The notes under the pieces were generated by a model. It saw only the letters and a list, made by a program, of their open reading frames with translations, made no database searches and had not been told where the DNA came from. From Rhina ancylostomus (taxonomy: Eukaryota): a stretch of DNA of 64,000 nt. Position 1 is the first letter of the stretch. Every line of letters starts with the position of its first letter. Positions 27,710-39,631 of this stretch are shown here, piece by piece. Location: the NCBI GenBank assembly GCA_030265395.1, contig JARFYF010000022.1, forward strand, positions 30,471,120 to 30,535,119. The letters run 5' to 3'. A program made the position numbers and the translations under genes.

Positions 27710-27732
27710 TGTGTGTGCGCGCGCGCACGCGC
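27710..27732. repeat. Alternating purine-pyrimidine tract (TG/CG), Z-DNA-prone
   Basis: tgtgtgtgcgcgcgcgcacgcgc, 23 bp. Confidence 0.85.
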
Positions 27733-27989
27733 CTCTGTGTCTGTGTGTGGCCTGCCTATCATGACTTTCCATTATTTTTACATTAGTGCCTGACCCTTCA
27801 CTTTGATTCAGAACCCTGCAGGTGGGGGAATGCCAGTCTCAAATGTCACGCTCAACTACTCTGCCAGGATTTCAACTCACTGCCCTACATGCCATAATAA
27901 ACTCATTTCAAACCAGTGGGTGGTCTAAATAGTAGAAGGAACTATGTCATCTAATCTGAAAATGCACAGATATTATTTGGAAAAATGTT

Positions 27990-29212
27990 ATGGGGACTAC
28001 CCCATCTCTAGCTAACTTTCTCTACCAAGTCCCTAACCATGTCATAGCTTCCCAAATCTGTGACCACCTTTCTCTAGAACTATTCTTCTGAATACTTCTA
28101 ATCAGGTTCCGGCTCCCATCATAGCAACAATGATTCTTAGTAAAGGTCTCAAATAACTATCATTTCTCAATTCCACACAATCCTACTCCAGCACCTCTCC
28201 TCCATCTTCCTACTGGATAGGAATGCAGTAACCTGCTTCCATTCTTATCAATCCAGTCAGAAGATCGCCTTCATTGGCTATGCTTTCCACTCACCTACCA
28301 CTACCTCTGCTGTGAACTAAGAATCTATATTTGAACCTACTCTTTCTTAATTGCATGCTGCCCCTTGTGACATCAAAAACACCATGTGTAAACTAGTGAC
28401 ATTCAGCTCTACCTCACTAGCACCTCTCTCAAATGCTCCACTGTCTCTAAATTTTCAGGCTGCTTGTTGTATTAGATGAACAGAAACCTCCTCCAAAAAG
28501 ATAGGAGACCAAAATTATTACACTTAATCCCAAACACAAATTTCATATTTCTTTTATTTGTTCTGGTGACTGACTGAAACTGAACAGAGTTTTCATGTTA
28601 GTGTTAAATTTGACCCCAAGGTGAGCTTCCTGCCACATAATGCCTCATCAATAACATCACATTTTACCACTGTTATAAACTCACGGGCCCACTGTGTTTC
28701 ATCTCACCTCTGCTTACAAACTCCATCGTTTTCATTACCTCAGGAAATTGCCTACACAAATGCATTCCTGGGCTCTCTCCCAAATGCCAACCTCCTTGAA
28801 CATAACCACATCTAAAATACTGCTCAATTACCACTTTGTGCCATGTCTGGTCAGTCATCACAGCTATCTTTGCTAACCTACATTATCTCTTAGTTTTGTA
28901 ACAATTCTGTTTAGGAGTCTCATCCTTCGTTTTAATCCCCCTCTACCTCCAATCTCCTCTGGACCTATAACCTTCTGAGATCACTGCCCTCCTCTGTCCC
29001 TGCCCTCATGCTCATCCATTGCCAGTCATATCCTAAGATCCCTCCCCTAAAGATCCCTCCTTTTCAACCTTCCATTCCATATTTCAAATGCTACTTATAA
29101 CCTACCATTCTATCTTAACATCCATTCATGTATTTCTGACAAGTGATCTTTAATAACAGTTTAGATGTTTTACTAAGCTAAAGGTGCTATAAAAATGCAA
29201 TGTTGATGTTTT
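27990..29212 (+). mobile_element. L2 LINE relic (RT region to 3' end)
   Basis: C/T-rich strand with decayed QSGFR-like and RAHCVS/SHL segments; ends with ttttactaagctaaaggtgctataaaaatgcaa. Confidence 0.6.
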
Positions 29213-32200
29213 TATTGATGTGATGTAAACTGCAAAAAGTCTGCATAATCAGATCTAAACCAGAGTACAGTAATTGCAGGTTCTGCAGAATATATTAGAT
29301 CAGTATATTCCTAAACTGGCTAAACTATTAAATATTCTTGTACATCCTTTACTTATTGTATGTGGGCTTCTCCCATGTCCTGGATTTCTTCAGCTTCTTA
29401 AGCACTTATTTCCCCATCTACAATATAAAAATATATCAACTACTCCCACAAAGCAATATTTTTCTATGAAAAACAGTCAATCTGGTTTTATCACACATAT
29501 TTTCCCCTTTCCCTGAACTCCAATCCTTGCTGACACAGGATAACAATATATCAAAGTAAATAAGAAGGAGTTAGAAATCCAAAGGATGAAAGGAAACCAG
29601 CCTTTGCTTTATCTTTTCCTTAATTTAAACACATTTGAATGAAACAAGGAGTAATATGTTCAGAGGGAGCTCTAAGGATGCAAGTAGTTAAGTCCTCTGT
29701 GGATTTGTATATTTTAGACGCAAGTGACAAGAGTGAGAATACTTGCATATTGATTATTGCACTATGACAGCTCCTCAGAATCAACAATGCACACTTTGTT
29801 AGACTGTGAATGCCATTTGTTTTCCAAACCTGCGGGAGACTTTCAGTTTTGCCTTTGATCAGTAAGTCAGTGTCTCTGAGGACCACTTGAGCCTTGCTGC
29901 TTTTATTTATCTCTATGACATTAATAATGCAATTGAGACTGAAGCACGTGAAGTCAGATCATCAATTTCACCCACACTAGTGGAAGACAAACATGTAAAT
30001 TATGCAACTAGATAGGAATACATTTCCTGAACGAGTTATGCATTCACATCTTGGTTTGAGGGTTACGGGAGAAACTTGTTTCCTTAAATTGCAGATTTGA
30101 AACTTGTGCCTCTTTACTCATAAATGTTAAGGATGATCGTGCTACAAAATATAATGTTTTCTGTTTTCAAGCATCCAGGATAAACATTAAGCACTCATAA
30201 CACAGTAGAAGTTCCGTCTGCTCACTGACATGTGCTCCTCCTAATCTCAAAAAAACCCTATATCTCTAAAGTTTTGAGCTCCTTCCTTCCTGCCACCTTT
30301 CTGTCTTTCTACTATACAGCTTTTTTCAATCTCAAACTCAGTGTAACCTAACCACAACTCTTTGATACAAGTCAGCTTCCATAGGCAGTGGCTCCACTTT
30401 TGGATTTTTAAATTGTTGAAAAAAAAGAGAACATGAAATAAAATATAATGGCATCAATTAATTTCCACTGCACAAAGTAAATAGAAGAAATCAAAGCCCG
30501 CCAATAATACATAAGATCCTGTAAAACCTTCATCACTTTCAAACAAGTATTATACATTAATATACAGGAAATTTATGAATTCAAATGAAAGTTTACATTT
30601 ATGATTAAAAGTATGAATACTGAACCTCCTCTCTGTTCAGCCCATACATAAAAAAAATACTAACTGGCACTAACTTATACACGTGAAAGCCACATTCAGG
30701 CAAAAAGTTGTGAGTTGAGTATGTTTATGGAAGTTTAAATTCGTCCACATTCTTTTCTTTCTCTCCTCCACCCTGCAGAATGCTAGTTGAATTAAATTAA
30801 ATTGATTCAGTCATCTAGTTTTCAGATGTCTGCTGAAAATAAAATAATACTTAGTAGAATTCAAATAGGGAATTTCAATTATCTGCAATGGGGCTTGTTA
30901 CTCAGGCTGGGATACATCAAGAGGCAATATTCATTTGACATGTATCCTCAAACGACAGTGGTGATGAAACATGCCTCTCCTCTCCCCAAATCAAAGCTTT
31001 AATAATATAAAATACAACAAAGCTTATAACAATAAATCAGTCCTTAAAAAGGTAGATTCTACTTCTGAGATATTGATGTCAAAATTCAGCCAAACTGGCT
31101 AGATTCAATACTGAATGGAACTGTGACAATTGCATAAAAGTCAACATTACAGCAATTTTTTTGAAAAGCAATATTTTTAGACTATCATTCCCTTGTTGAT
31201 GTTCTCAGTAGAAGTAACATATTTTAACTCTTGCACCAATATATTAAAAGAAAGAGTAGGTCACAACCCTTACTACTTACTGGGTGCCAATATCTTGCAT
31301 CTTGACCCACTGCATAGGCCACATTCATTATAGTGACAGCTACATAAGGTTCACTCTTGTAAAGTTTTAATTTCTTAATTCAGGGAATACAAAATATGGG
31401 AATGCCTCTTGCAATGTTAACAATATTGTTAATGGAGGTTGGTCAAAGGAATCATTAATGGTGGGTGATCAAAAGAATTCTCACCTAAGAGCAGACTTGC
31501 TGCTCAGAAATGTAGTGGCGACATTGAAAAGGTGCAAGGATCTAAATATGCTTCTAACTAAAAGAACTTTGGGATAGTTGATTGGAGGTGCAAGGCAGAA
31601 CTGATGGCTCAGTTGAAATTAGTAAGGGTATCCATCCTTCAAAATGTGATCTAAATTAAGAAAAATTCCTCCAGTTGAGTTACCATTGAATAAGATTTGT
31701 AGTAGAGCCTGGGGTTATAACTACTGGCCAAGGGTTTCCTGGAACTCAATGCTCTTAGCAGCAATGTTGCCCAGGTGGATAGGCATGAAAATAAAACTAT
31801 GCAATAAAGTCAAAAGAAACTGCTACAGAAATTGGGCATTTGCACCACAATCAAAATGATAATGGGCAGTGTACTAGAAACAGCTCTGTCCCTCCACCTA
31901 ATGAAATAAAGTATAGAGGAAGCATTTCACTTCAGTTCAGCAGATGTCTCATTTGAGAATGCTGAATTGCATTAAAAGATTTTACACAGCATTTAATCTG
32001 TGCCATCCCTTTACGTGCATAATAGAACAGAATAGAAAGGGTCCTGCTCTGCATCTGACTAAAGCTAACGTCAACCTGGGAGTACTTGATGTAGCAGAGA
32101 GAGATTTTTTTCTCTCCATGTAACCTTACCATAACTAACAACTTTGGAATGCTCAGTACTTATATTGCTGCTAAAAATGATCCATTTCCCAAGAATGTAA

Positions 32201-32949
32201 TCCTCCCCAGAAAGAACATGAAAATCTCCCAAAATATGTGAAATAATATATTGCAATGGTCCTAATCAATGGAGAATACAGTGAGCAATATCCTCTAATT
32301 TGCTTGGAATACACTTGGAATGCATTTCCCCAAACAGTGCAACTTCAATATAACCTGTCTCATTATATCACGGTTTCAGATATACCACTGGTATTACTAT
32401 GTCACCAAGGATAGCGTGCATTTTTATTCCAGTGTTACAGGGAGGGATTAATCTTCCCAGCAGAATGTAACAGACCTTTTTGTTTTGTGCAAGTCCCTCT
32501 GACAACAGCAATCCTAAAGAGGGGGCAATGGATTCTGGAAAAGGATTGGCAATCCAGCACTGGGGATGTGTTTTACAAATTGTAGCTGTGAGATTATAGC
32601 AAAAGGGATTGATTGGAGAGAATGGGGTGGACATTGGGGAAATCTGTTCAAACTGGTTGTGTATGTACTGTATTTTATATTTACTGTGTGTATATATAAT
32701 ATGAAATAGTTTCTAAAATTAGGTAAGTTAATTTTATTTATAAGATAGTAACTCGAAATGCAAATGTGAAAGTTGTCCCCAATCCCCACATTATATTGAG
32801 GCTACACAATTTTATATGAATGATTTGTTTAGCAAGGCCAAATTGGTGCAATTCTAAAATGGTCTCTTGCTGTCTGCTAAGNNNNNNNNNNTCTTTTTTT
32901 TTTGCCCTGCTTGGTGACAGTCCAGCACATATTAATTCAACCTCCCTCA

Positions 32950-35150
32950 ATCTGTTCTGAATTTTTAACTTTTTACCCTCTCTTGTTTTGGCTCAGATAC
33001 ATCCTCCGCACTTTCACCTTTGAAGAGGGAAAATGTTGGCTGATATTCCATTCCTCAATGATCTATATCAAAATTATTCTGCCTTTTTTTGCACTTTCTG
33101 GTCAAAATAAATCTACATATTCCTTTACAGTTTTGTTTCTCACCGATGGTGATTCCCTGGGCAGAACAAACCATCTCTCCACATGTATCTATCTCTTTGA
33201 CCACAGTTGCTCCTGCAGATTCTACTGTCAGTGTGGTTAATTACAAGTAGGTGCAAGTTCCAGACCTGGACAATGGGGTCCTGGCAACCAGAAGCAGCAT
33301 CACAACAAAAGTAACATCATTTGTTGAACACTTTTAGCAAAATCTCCCAAAATATTTTACTTTGCAATTTGGATGGCAAAGGCAAGGAAGTGAGGAGAAC
33401 ATTGTAGAGGCATAGTGATAAATGTGAAAATATAAATACTTCTCTACAAATCAGTAGTTTCTTGTGTTCCTGTATATGCTCCCCGATCTCCCTATTCATC
33501 CCTGGCCACTAATACTTCCTCTTACACTGCAGAGTCAATCATTCACTCCAAGACAAAAGTAGTAACAGTGCTCTATCATTTTATTCTTTTGAAGTCAGGA
33601 ATCAATTACTCTGTTGGCTCTGAAGATCAGGTCACCTTGAGATGTACTCAGCTAAGTGCCTTGGTTACTGAGATTGTTTGCCCAGGTATACTGAATCTTA
33701 AGTTGTATGCCTGCCTCCTCACAAACATGCTCTGCAATGTCCTTGGCAGCCTTTGCAGGAGCTTAACAACAATGGTCCTGAGTTGCTTTTTATAACTGTA
33801 CACATGTACAGTTGTCCCCCAAGCATATTGATGAAACTTATCCAATCCAAAGATCATATCTTGTTGCCCCTCCTATATTTACACATCTCTATATTTGTCA
33901 AATTTGTTTCAATATGCTGTCATCTGATTCGCTGGCAAGATCACTGCTCCAAGATGCCTTTCTGAACCATCTACCTATGGTGTCAGCTACTAGGTATCAT
34001 CAAAGTATTTCAGCATTGGTTCTGCTGTGACTTCTCCTTGATTATCTTGATTGCTTGCTCATGAGTATCTAACCAACACCATTCTACATCCTTTTGGTCA
34101 GATGTCTGAGGGTATCATACATCTCACTCAATGGGGCAGGAACTTGCTTGGATAGTTGATGTTTTCCAAGTAGTGCTGTACAATTCTGATCCAATTCTGT
34201 TACTTCCCAACAACTAGTAAGTCATCTTCTATGGTCTTTACCTCACTAAGAATATCGCTGCACTTTAGTACTTCAAAAGTATAGACAAGACATATTTTTG
34301 GTCAACTATGCTGAAATCCACATAATAGCTTTTATGATTATTTGAGTTCACCACTTTCAGCTAGCATTTCATAAGCACCTTCAATATACTCTCATTGTAT
34401 GCTGAAAGCACAAGATTCAGCGAGCTTAACTCAACTGTCTTGAGGTTGATGACTTTCTTTTGGGGGCCATTACCTGTTGCTCCCAAGTCAAGATCAAATG
34501 CCACTAGTTGCTCTTGCAGCAATACCTTGGCATAGATACATCTAATGTATGTTCTTCATGTGTAATTGACTTCATATGGAAACAGTTAAAACATTCTTTT
34601 TAACTTGAACTCCGACCCTGTTTCTTTCCCTGCACAATGCATCTCGTCCACTTCATGAACTTCTAATGTCTTCGTCATCATACACTCTTTGTAATTTGTT
34701 TTAAAAAGTCAAATCATTTACACTTTTTCCCTAACACAGGCCATTTCTTTCTCAGCCACTCATCACGTTGTCCACAATATTTGCAACATCTAAGCAACCT
34801 TGGCAGTGCTTTCCCTTTTCTAACTTTAATCAAACAGTTCGCCATATATACTTTCATCTGTTGGCCAATCAATATCTCTAGCCTAGCCTCGGATAACTCC
34901 ACATATTTGTATGTCTGGACACAGTTTTCCAGAGTTTATTCTGCCTCAGTTGGTAGCTCTTCCCTCCTGTTGAAGGATTCCTCAAATCCTTCGAATCTGC
35001 ACAAGTGAAATTATCTGCTAACAATCTTAGCTTAATCAAGAAGTTTTCAAAGGATTGTCCCTGATCCTGCTTACACACAAAAAAAATTAAGAGTCATCTC
35101 TTTCACTTCTAGGCTACAATTTTTTTCAATTGTACTTTTAATTGAAACAT
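32950..35150 (-). mobile_element. Gypsy-like LTR retrotransposon internal relic (gag, protease, pol remnants)
   Basis: In order on the minus strand: KQDQGQSFENFLIKLRLLA (gag-like), CKYCG..KKWPVLGKKCK (decayed zinc knuckle), FDLDLGATGN at 34469-34498 (aspartic-protease DTGA-like site). No intact ORF; LTRs not located. Confidence 0.6.
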
Positions 35151-36658
35151 ATTTTCAATTTATTTTTTTAAGGTATTGATCAAAATCATAATACCTAGAT
35201 CCAGAGGAGTCTTAATAAAACATTTGGTGAGGAAAGTTAATTTGCTGTAATACACAAATCTAACTGCACTACTTGTTTTGTAATAATTTCTGCACAGATT
35301 TAATGCAGCCAGTCAATTTAAGAAAAATTGGGTTTGGCTTCTTCCAAATGTTAGAGTTAAATGCTTTAAAGCTTTATTAACATAGCACAACAGAGGTATG
35401 TCTAAGGATATGGAAAATTATCGATTACTTTATAAGAAAACTTTTAGATAGCTGTCTAAATTCTAAACGATCACAATCACTCTTAATGTTTTTTGTCAGG
35501 TAGTAAAAATCACAGCATCATGGTCAGCTGTGCAAAGAATTCAAATTAGAAACCAGGAAGTTTCCACTTCAGTTCCAATTTCTCATACCCTGCCTTGATG
35601 CCGCAATAAAGGTAATCAAAGGACTGGGGCAACTATTCCCACAGGACAAGGGGAGTACCTGTGGGTTGCCAATGAATGGGGTTGTGCTGAGTGGTGGGGG
35701 ATAGAAGGTACTGAAGGCTAGATTAACCACTGGGAAGAGTGGTGTTCCTGGAGAATTAATTCTCTTTACTTTGCATTTTATGAAGAGCAGAGTTACAGCG
35801 TTTTAAGTTAAAATCAACAGAATGATTGTCACCACAAAATCATTTAGTGCATCTTATAAAAACGGGCAAGGGTACTTCATATGATCGTACTCAAAATTTG
35901 CAAGAAAATCCATTTTTCACTCACCATTTGTATTATAAGTAAAATACATCTTTAAACTTTTGAGGTTCCCCACTGGCTCAGGCTAAATTAATCACACAGT
36001 ATGCTGCACATGGATTCAACCCAAAAAGACCACAGACTTAATCCCTGCTCTTTGCCAAGGCAGCCTTGGCAGTTGGAAGACAGCTGTTGATCTCAACATC
36101 CCGAACTAAGGTTGGGAAGCCAATGTCAAGAATCCCATTGTTTGATCACCAGCCTCTGAACTATGCTGGAAAATGTGTGCATGCATGGATATTGAGCAAT
36201 GACAACTTGTTTTTATATGACTAAGCAACTGCTAAAACAGCAGCTTAAGAATGACTACTTTGGTGATACACCCCAAGACTACAGGCAACCTTTGAAATGA
36301 TCAAACTCTTTGAAAGAGCAAGACAGAAAATTGTGACGAAACTTCTTATTGTCATCAGGTATTGCATTTAAAAAAATAGATAGGTATGATTGAATTTTAG
36401 TATCAGGTGGAAAACAAGTGGTAGATCAAAGTACAGTTTACAACACCACTCGATGCTTGTTTCCACTGAAGTTAATAGATATGAAAATCTGGTGGGGTGC
36501 TAAGTAAATGAACTATCCACTAACTCCAGTAGTAACCAAAATAAAAATGCACCTGGTTTTAAGTGATATGATCGAATTTATCTTAAGGCACATAGGAAAA
36601 ATAAAGCCTGGGAAACATAATGATTAAATCTCAGCAAATGGTTGGGCACTGTACTTAC

Positions 36659-36901
36659 TGGTCTGTGCTGGGTGGTAGCCATGTTGTCCCAATCACTGTC
36701 TGGTTGGAGGCTGCTGACAACAGGTGGTAGCTCCTCAGGATGAGGTTTGTTGATTACTATTGTATGCAGGGGCAGGTGTGAGGCTGTGTGCTGGTCATTG
36801 AGCTCCTCCCTTTCCCTCTCCCGTACCAATCTTTCCTGGACCATTGCTTCCTCCCCATCAGCAGAAGCAGCGTACGGAGAGGCAGCTTGTTTGGAAGACA
36901 T
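36659..36901 (-). CDS. SOX6: SOX6 first canonical coding exon, CDS part (81 codons, [10 protein letters not shown]...[12 protein letters not shown]); the exon extends 1-4 nt further 5' to 36902/36905
   Basis: Translation matches the vertebrate SOX6 N-terminus as I recall it (MSSKQATSPF..ADGEDAM..SHLPLH..NKPHSEELP..DWD). A pyrimidine tract and cagCAGA precede the ATG at 36901. Phase-0 donor CCA|gtaagt at 36659/36658. Confidence 0.95.
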
Positions 36902-37164
36902 TCTGCTGTTAAATGTAAAGGAGAAGAACATAGATTCAATTATTTCAATAAGTGCCATACTACTTCACGAAAATAATTTGAAGTGTTCAAAAAGCATGTG
37001 CTAATATGCATAATAATTTAAATACAGATGATAAATATTTTGCTAAGAGAGAAAGCCTGCTATTGCCGCAATGATTCTGAAGCTTCTGGCAGAATTTGAA
37101 TGTAGCATCCAGGATGTATTGGGACCTTACTTACTACTGCATTACTGCTGCCTGGCAGCTGCCC

Positions 37165-37270
37165 TTTAGAGTCAGAGAGCCATAAAGTTACACAACGCAA
37201 AAACAGGCCCCTCGGCCCAACTCGTCTATGCTGACCAACTTTCCTACCTGAGCTACTCCCATTTGCCATT
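37165..37270 (-). mobile_element. CR1/SINE 3' tail fragment
   Basis: aaacaggcccctcggcccaactcgtctatgctgacca. Confidence 0.7.
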
Positions 37271-37519
37271 TCTTCCCAACATCTACCTTTGGGTGGTAGA
37301 AGTACCAGCCTGTGTTAGGTAACAGATCCTTTAAAATGCCCATGACATACAGTGCTGACATATTAGGCCAATATTAACCAAAGCGTGTACTGCAAGTTGA
37401 TAGTCTCTCTCAAAATAAGCACCGTATATCCATTATGTTGGTTAGTCTCTCTGGTCCCAGACCCACTTTCCCAGCATCATCATTTTATGAAAATCAAAAA
37501 AAATCTCTTGGACATGTGA

Positions 37520-37838
37520 AACAAAAACAGAAAAAAAAACTAGAAATACTCAACAGATTAGACAGCATCTATGGAAAGAGAAACAGTTAATGTTTCAGGT
37601 CAGAGACCCTTTGTCAGAACTCAAAAAGTGAGAAAGCAAGTTAATTTTCAGTAGCGGAGAAAATGGGGGAGGGATGCTTAGGACAAAGGAAATATCACAT
37701 TAATTCATCTAACTCACCCTACCAGAAATAGTCCCTTTGTTCTACCCTTCTCTTATGGGACCTAAAATGTTAATTCTGTTTCTTTTTCCACAGATGCTGC
37801 CTGACCTGCTGAGTATTTCCAGCATTTTGTGTTTTTGT
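37520..37838. mobile_element. Fold-back Penelope-derived element (inverted terminal-repeat pair)
   Basis: Left arm 37520-37622 is the approximate reverse complement of right arm 37755-37838. Hammerhead-like core on the minus strand at 37584-37622. Confidence 0.75.
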
Positions 37839-37894
37839 CTCCAGCGTAAACAGCTGGTCTTGTCAGAATGGAATCCCTTGGAAGTATATACATT

Positions 37895-38180
37895 TAGATA
37901 AGATAACGTTATTGGTCACATGTACATAGAAAAACACAGTGAAATGCATCTTTTGCACAGAGTGTTCCGGGGGCAGCCCATAACTGTCTCCACACTCCTG
38001 GTGCCAACATAGCATGCCAACAACTTCCTAACCCGTACATATTTAGATGCGGGAGGAAACCGGAGTACCCAGAATAAATCCACGCAGACACAGGGAGAAC
38101 GTACAATCTCCTTACAGACAGTGGCCGGAATTGAACCTGGGTCACTGGTGCTGTAATAGCGTTACACTAACTCCTATACT
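37895..38180 (-). mobile_element. Young V-SINE, same family as 12177-12465
   Basis: Colinear reverse-complement match over about 285 bp. Confidence 0.88.
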
Positions 38181-38291
38181 TGTGCAGCTTGGAGGAAAAG
38201 GTTTATTTTTGCAAGCTTCACAAGAATCGCTTGGATCTATTCTCCATTCTGAACCCTCCTCCTCTCACCACCATCTTCCCACTGGAAATGG

Positions 38292-39631
38292 TGTCATGGT
38301 TCTGGGTTCTGGCCCTCAATTTGGCTCCTTTAATGCCTTGTTGTCCAGCACATGGATTCCATGCTGGACTGATTACATAATGACACACACCTGAGCCCCA
38401 TTAGGGGCCTAGCATAAGTACCTGGGTTTCTCTAGCACTAGTTGCCAGAGTATTGGTCTGCCTTTGGCTCCTAGTTGCTTAGAGTGGTCTACTCTAGAGC
38501 AGACCTGTGCTCTCTATTCCTTTCTGAAGATCCAGTTTGTGTTGGGATTCTTCTTCAGATGTCTGAGGCAAAATTCCTTCCAGTTGTTGCATGTGTTTTG
38601 TCCTGAGGAAGTATCCTGACTCCAGTCTTGTATCAGTGTGCTGCATTTGGGTTCTCTGAGCTTGCTCTTTGATCAACATTGTGACAAATGGGATTAGTAT
38701 AGATGATGGCCCAAAGGGCCTGTTTCTACACTATATGATTCTTGTATTCTAGGACCCTAAGATCATAAAAGGGTGAGTACCTTCTGTAAATAGCTCTTGA
38801 TAGTTTGGACACCTCATGTATTAAACACCAGTCTTCATCAGTCTTAAACAGTGATTAGAGGTTTGCTGCCTTCCCCTTCCTCCCTCAGTTCCTCATTATC
38901 TCTCAAACATACCCACAGCAGGGTTGCAAGATGGGCTTCAATTGGGCCAGACTGAGTTATCATTTCTAGTTCAATAATGCTATCTTTGCTTTTATATATT
39001 CAAAACTTATTATTTATTGTGGAGTACAACAGTACAGAGCAAGGAAGCAAAATTTAACTGCACAATTGCATGAAACCTATACATCAGAATCTGGTTTATT
39101 ATCACTGACTTGTATGTTGTGAAATTTGGTGCAAATACATAAAATTACTATAAATTACAAAATAAATAGTGCAAAAAAAAAAGTAGTGTTAATGGACCAT
39201 TCAGAAATCTGATGGCAGAGGGAAAGAAACTGTTCCTGAATCACTGAGTGTGGGTCTTCAGGCTCCTGTACCTCCTCCCTGATGGTAGTAATGAGAAGAG
39301 GGCATGTNNNNNNNNNNNNNNNNNNNNNNNNNNNNNNNNNNNNNNNNNNNNNNNNNNNNNNNNNNNNNNNNNNNNNNNNNNNNNNNNNNNNNNNNNNNNN
39401 NNNNNNNTTTGGCTCCTAGTTGCTTAGAGTGGTCTACTCTAGAGCAGTCCTGTGTTCTCTATTCCTTTTGAAGATCCAGTTTGTATTGGGATTGCTCTTC
39501 TGACCTCTGAGGCAAGATTCCTTCCAGTCACTGCCTGTGTTTTTCCTGAGGAAGTATCCTGACTCCAGTCTTGTATTAGTATGCCACATTTGGGTTCTCT
39601 GCAAGCTTACTCCTTGCTCAACTTTGTGACA
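38292..39631. mobile_element. LTR pair / non-autonomous LTR element: LTR1 38292-38686; LTR2 visible 39408-39631, 5' part hidden by a gap
   Basis: TGTCA...TGACA termini. AATGG at 38287-38291, 38687-38691 and 39632-39636. About 225-bp direct repeat, 38463-38691 vs 39408-39636. Confidence 0.7.
39083..39307 (-). mobile_element. Rex1/Babar-type LINE 3' end, truncated by a gap
   Basis: Reverse complement matches about 44600-44862 (HALFSLLPSGRRYR and tail). Confidence 0.85.

Larger units (their letters stand above)
1625..36658 (-). other. SOX6: SOX6 intron between the two coding exons (35,034 bp, GT-AG, phase 0)
   Basis: Bounded by gtaagt and aatag. The joined exons read ...QHRP|DSDNNK..., colinear with SOX6. 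Confidence 0.9.

Noticed and set aside
27445-27762. 105-aa minus-strand ORF
   Set aside because: No recognisable protein similarity; the start is microsatellite-derived and there are no convincing splice sites.
36902-36958. N-terminal extension [19 protein letters not shown] in the ORF track
   Set aside because: It runs through the polypyrimidine tract and acceptor, so it is intronic read-through.
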